Origin: Alphaproteobacteria bacterium | GTDB taxonomy: Bacteria; Pseudomonadota; Alphaproteobacteria; UBA828 | Direction of reading: 5' to 3' | Assembly (NCBI GenBank): GCA_965214705.1 | Contig: OZ243972.1 | Span: forward strand, 2,176,001 to 2,240,000 | DNA length: 64,000 bases | Shown here: piece by piece, positions 62,917-64,000 of the stretch | Layout: every line of letters starts with the position of its first letter | Position numbering within the stretch: position 1 is the stretch's first letter | The notes under the pieces: generated by a model | What the model was told of the DNA's origin: nothing | The model's database searches: none | The model's input: the letters and a program-made list of their open reading frames with translations, nothing else | Translations under genes and position numbers: made by a program

Positions 62917-64000
62917 ACGTTTCCCTCTCCAACGAGCCCCGCGCGCTGACCGACACCGAGCGGCTCGACTGGCTGCGCCTCGCCCGCAGCGAGAATGTCG
63001 GCCCGATCACCTTCTTCGCTCTGCTGGAGCGCTTCGGCTCCCCCGCCGCCGTGCTCGACGCGCTGCCTGCGCTCGCGCGCCGCGGCGGCCGCCGGCGCCC
63101 CATCAAGGTCTGCGCGCGCGCCACGGCCGAGCGCGAGATCGAGGCGCTGGACCGGCTCGGCGGGCACCTGATCGCCGTGGGCGAGCCCGCCTATCCGCTG
63201 GCGCTCGCCGCCATCGACGATCCGCCTCCGGTCATCGCCCTGCGTGGGCGCCTGGACCTGCTCAAGAGCGACTGCGTCGCCGTGGTCGGCGCGCGCAACG
63301 CGTCTGCGAACGGGCTTCACTTCGCCGAGCGGCTGGCGACGGACCTCGGCACGGCCGGGCTCACCGTGGTCTCCGGCATGGCGCGAGGCATCGACGCCAA
63401 CGCCCACGCCGGCGCGCTTCCGACCGGCACGGTGGCGGTCATGGGCGGCGGGGTCGATGTGCTCTATCCCAAGGAGAACCGGTCGCTCTTCGAGCGGCTC
63501 GTGGCGGAGGGTACGGTCATCGCGGAGGTGCCGCTCGGCACCGTGCCGATGGGGCGCCACTTCCCGCGCCGCAACCGCATCATCGCCGGGCTCTCCCGCG
63601 GCGTCGTGATCGTCGAGGGCGCGGCGCGTTCCGGCTCGCTGATCACGGCGCGGCTCGCGCTGGAACAGGGCCGCGAAGTGATGGCGGTGCCTGGCTCGCC
63701 CCTCGACCCCCGCGCCAGCGGTCCTAACCGCTTGATTCGCCAGGGAGCCACGCTGGTGGAGAACGCCGACCACGTACTCGAAGCGCTCGCCGAAGGCGGC
63801 CGCCAGGCGCTCAGCGAACCCCGGCAGCGCTGGCCGTCCGACACCGCTCCCGGCCCGCCCGAGGACGACGACACACCCGCCGACGCACGCGAGTCCGTCA
63901 TCGCATTGCTCGGCCCGAGCCCGGTCCCGGTGGACATGCTGGTCAGGCAGAGCCGGTTGACTCCCGCGATGGTGGCAACCATTTTGCTTGAGCTTGAGTT
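62913..64000 (+). CDS. dprA: DNA-processing protein DprA (3' truncated by window edge)
   Basis: Translated by hand: WLRLARSENVGP, VVGARNAS, SGMARGID, FPRRNRII, SGSLITA; ATGA overlap with plsY. Confidence 0.93.
   Translation, partial: MNVSLSNEPRALTDTERLDWLRLARSENVGPITFFALLERFGSPAAVLDALPALARRGGRRRPIKVCARATAEREIEALDRLGGHLIAVGEPAYPLALAAIDDPPPVIALRGRLDLLKSDCVAVVGARNASANGLHFAERLATDLGTAGLTVVSGMARGIDANAHAGALPTGTVAVMGGGVDVLYPKENRSLFERLVAEGTVIAEVPLGTVPMGRHFPRRNRIIAGLSRGVVIVEGAARSGSLITARLALEQGREVMAVPGSPLDPRASGPNRLIRQGATLVENADHVLEALAEGGRQALSEPRQRWPSDTAPGPPEDDDTPADARESVIALLGPSPVPVDMLVRQSRLTPAMVATILLELE

Overview
GC-rich bacterial chromosome segment; groESL with a CIRCE, coaBC-dut, argD-argF and plsY-dprA point to an Alphaproteobacterium. 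A marine or host-associated (e.g. sponge symbiont) origin is only an inference. Most of the window is housekeeping genes plus catabolic enzymes: five SDRs, two amidases, GGT, dihydropyrimidinase, a hydantoin racemase, an oxalate-CoA ligase/PanE2 pair and a Liv-type ABC transporter. Small AT-richer accessory islets sit between them: a DUF433/PIN toxin-antitoxin pair, an orphan HEPN-like gene, a Fic gene, and a defence islet at about 37.8-42.2 kb (T5orf172/GIY-YIG gene split by an intact IS1595 with an 8-bp target duplication, a decayed HEPN-MNT pair, and an uncharacterised type II restriction-modification pair). A further islet carries a VapC toxin whose upstream partner is an unusual RHH-like + Mrr_N + VapB-tail fusion. 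Also notable: a stand-alone ERG4/ERG24-type sterol reductase, a tandem SDR duplication with diverged substrate loops, a pair of exported CxxxC proteins, a KamA-like radical SAM enzyme, and three intergenic arrays of 10-bp-phased repeats. Frameshifts in acs and one amidase may be sequencing errors. No rRNA, tRNA or CRISPR array was recognised. All family calls are from motif recognition, not database searches.
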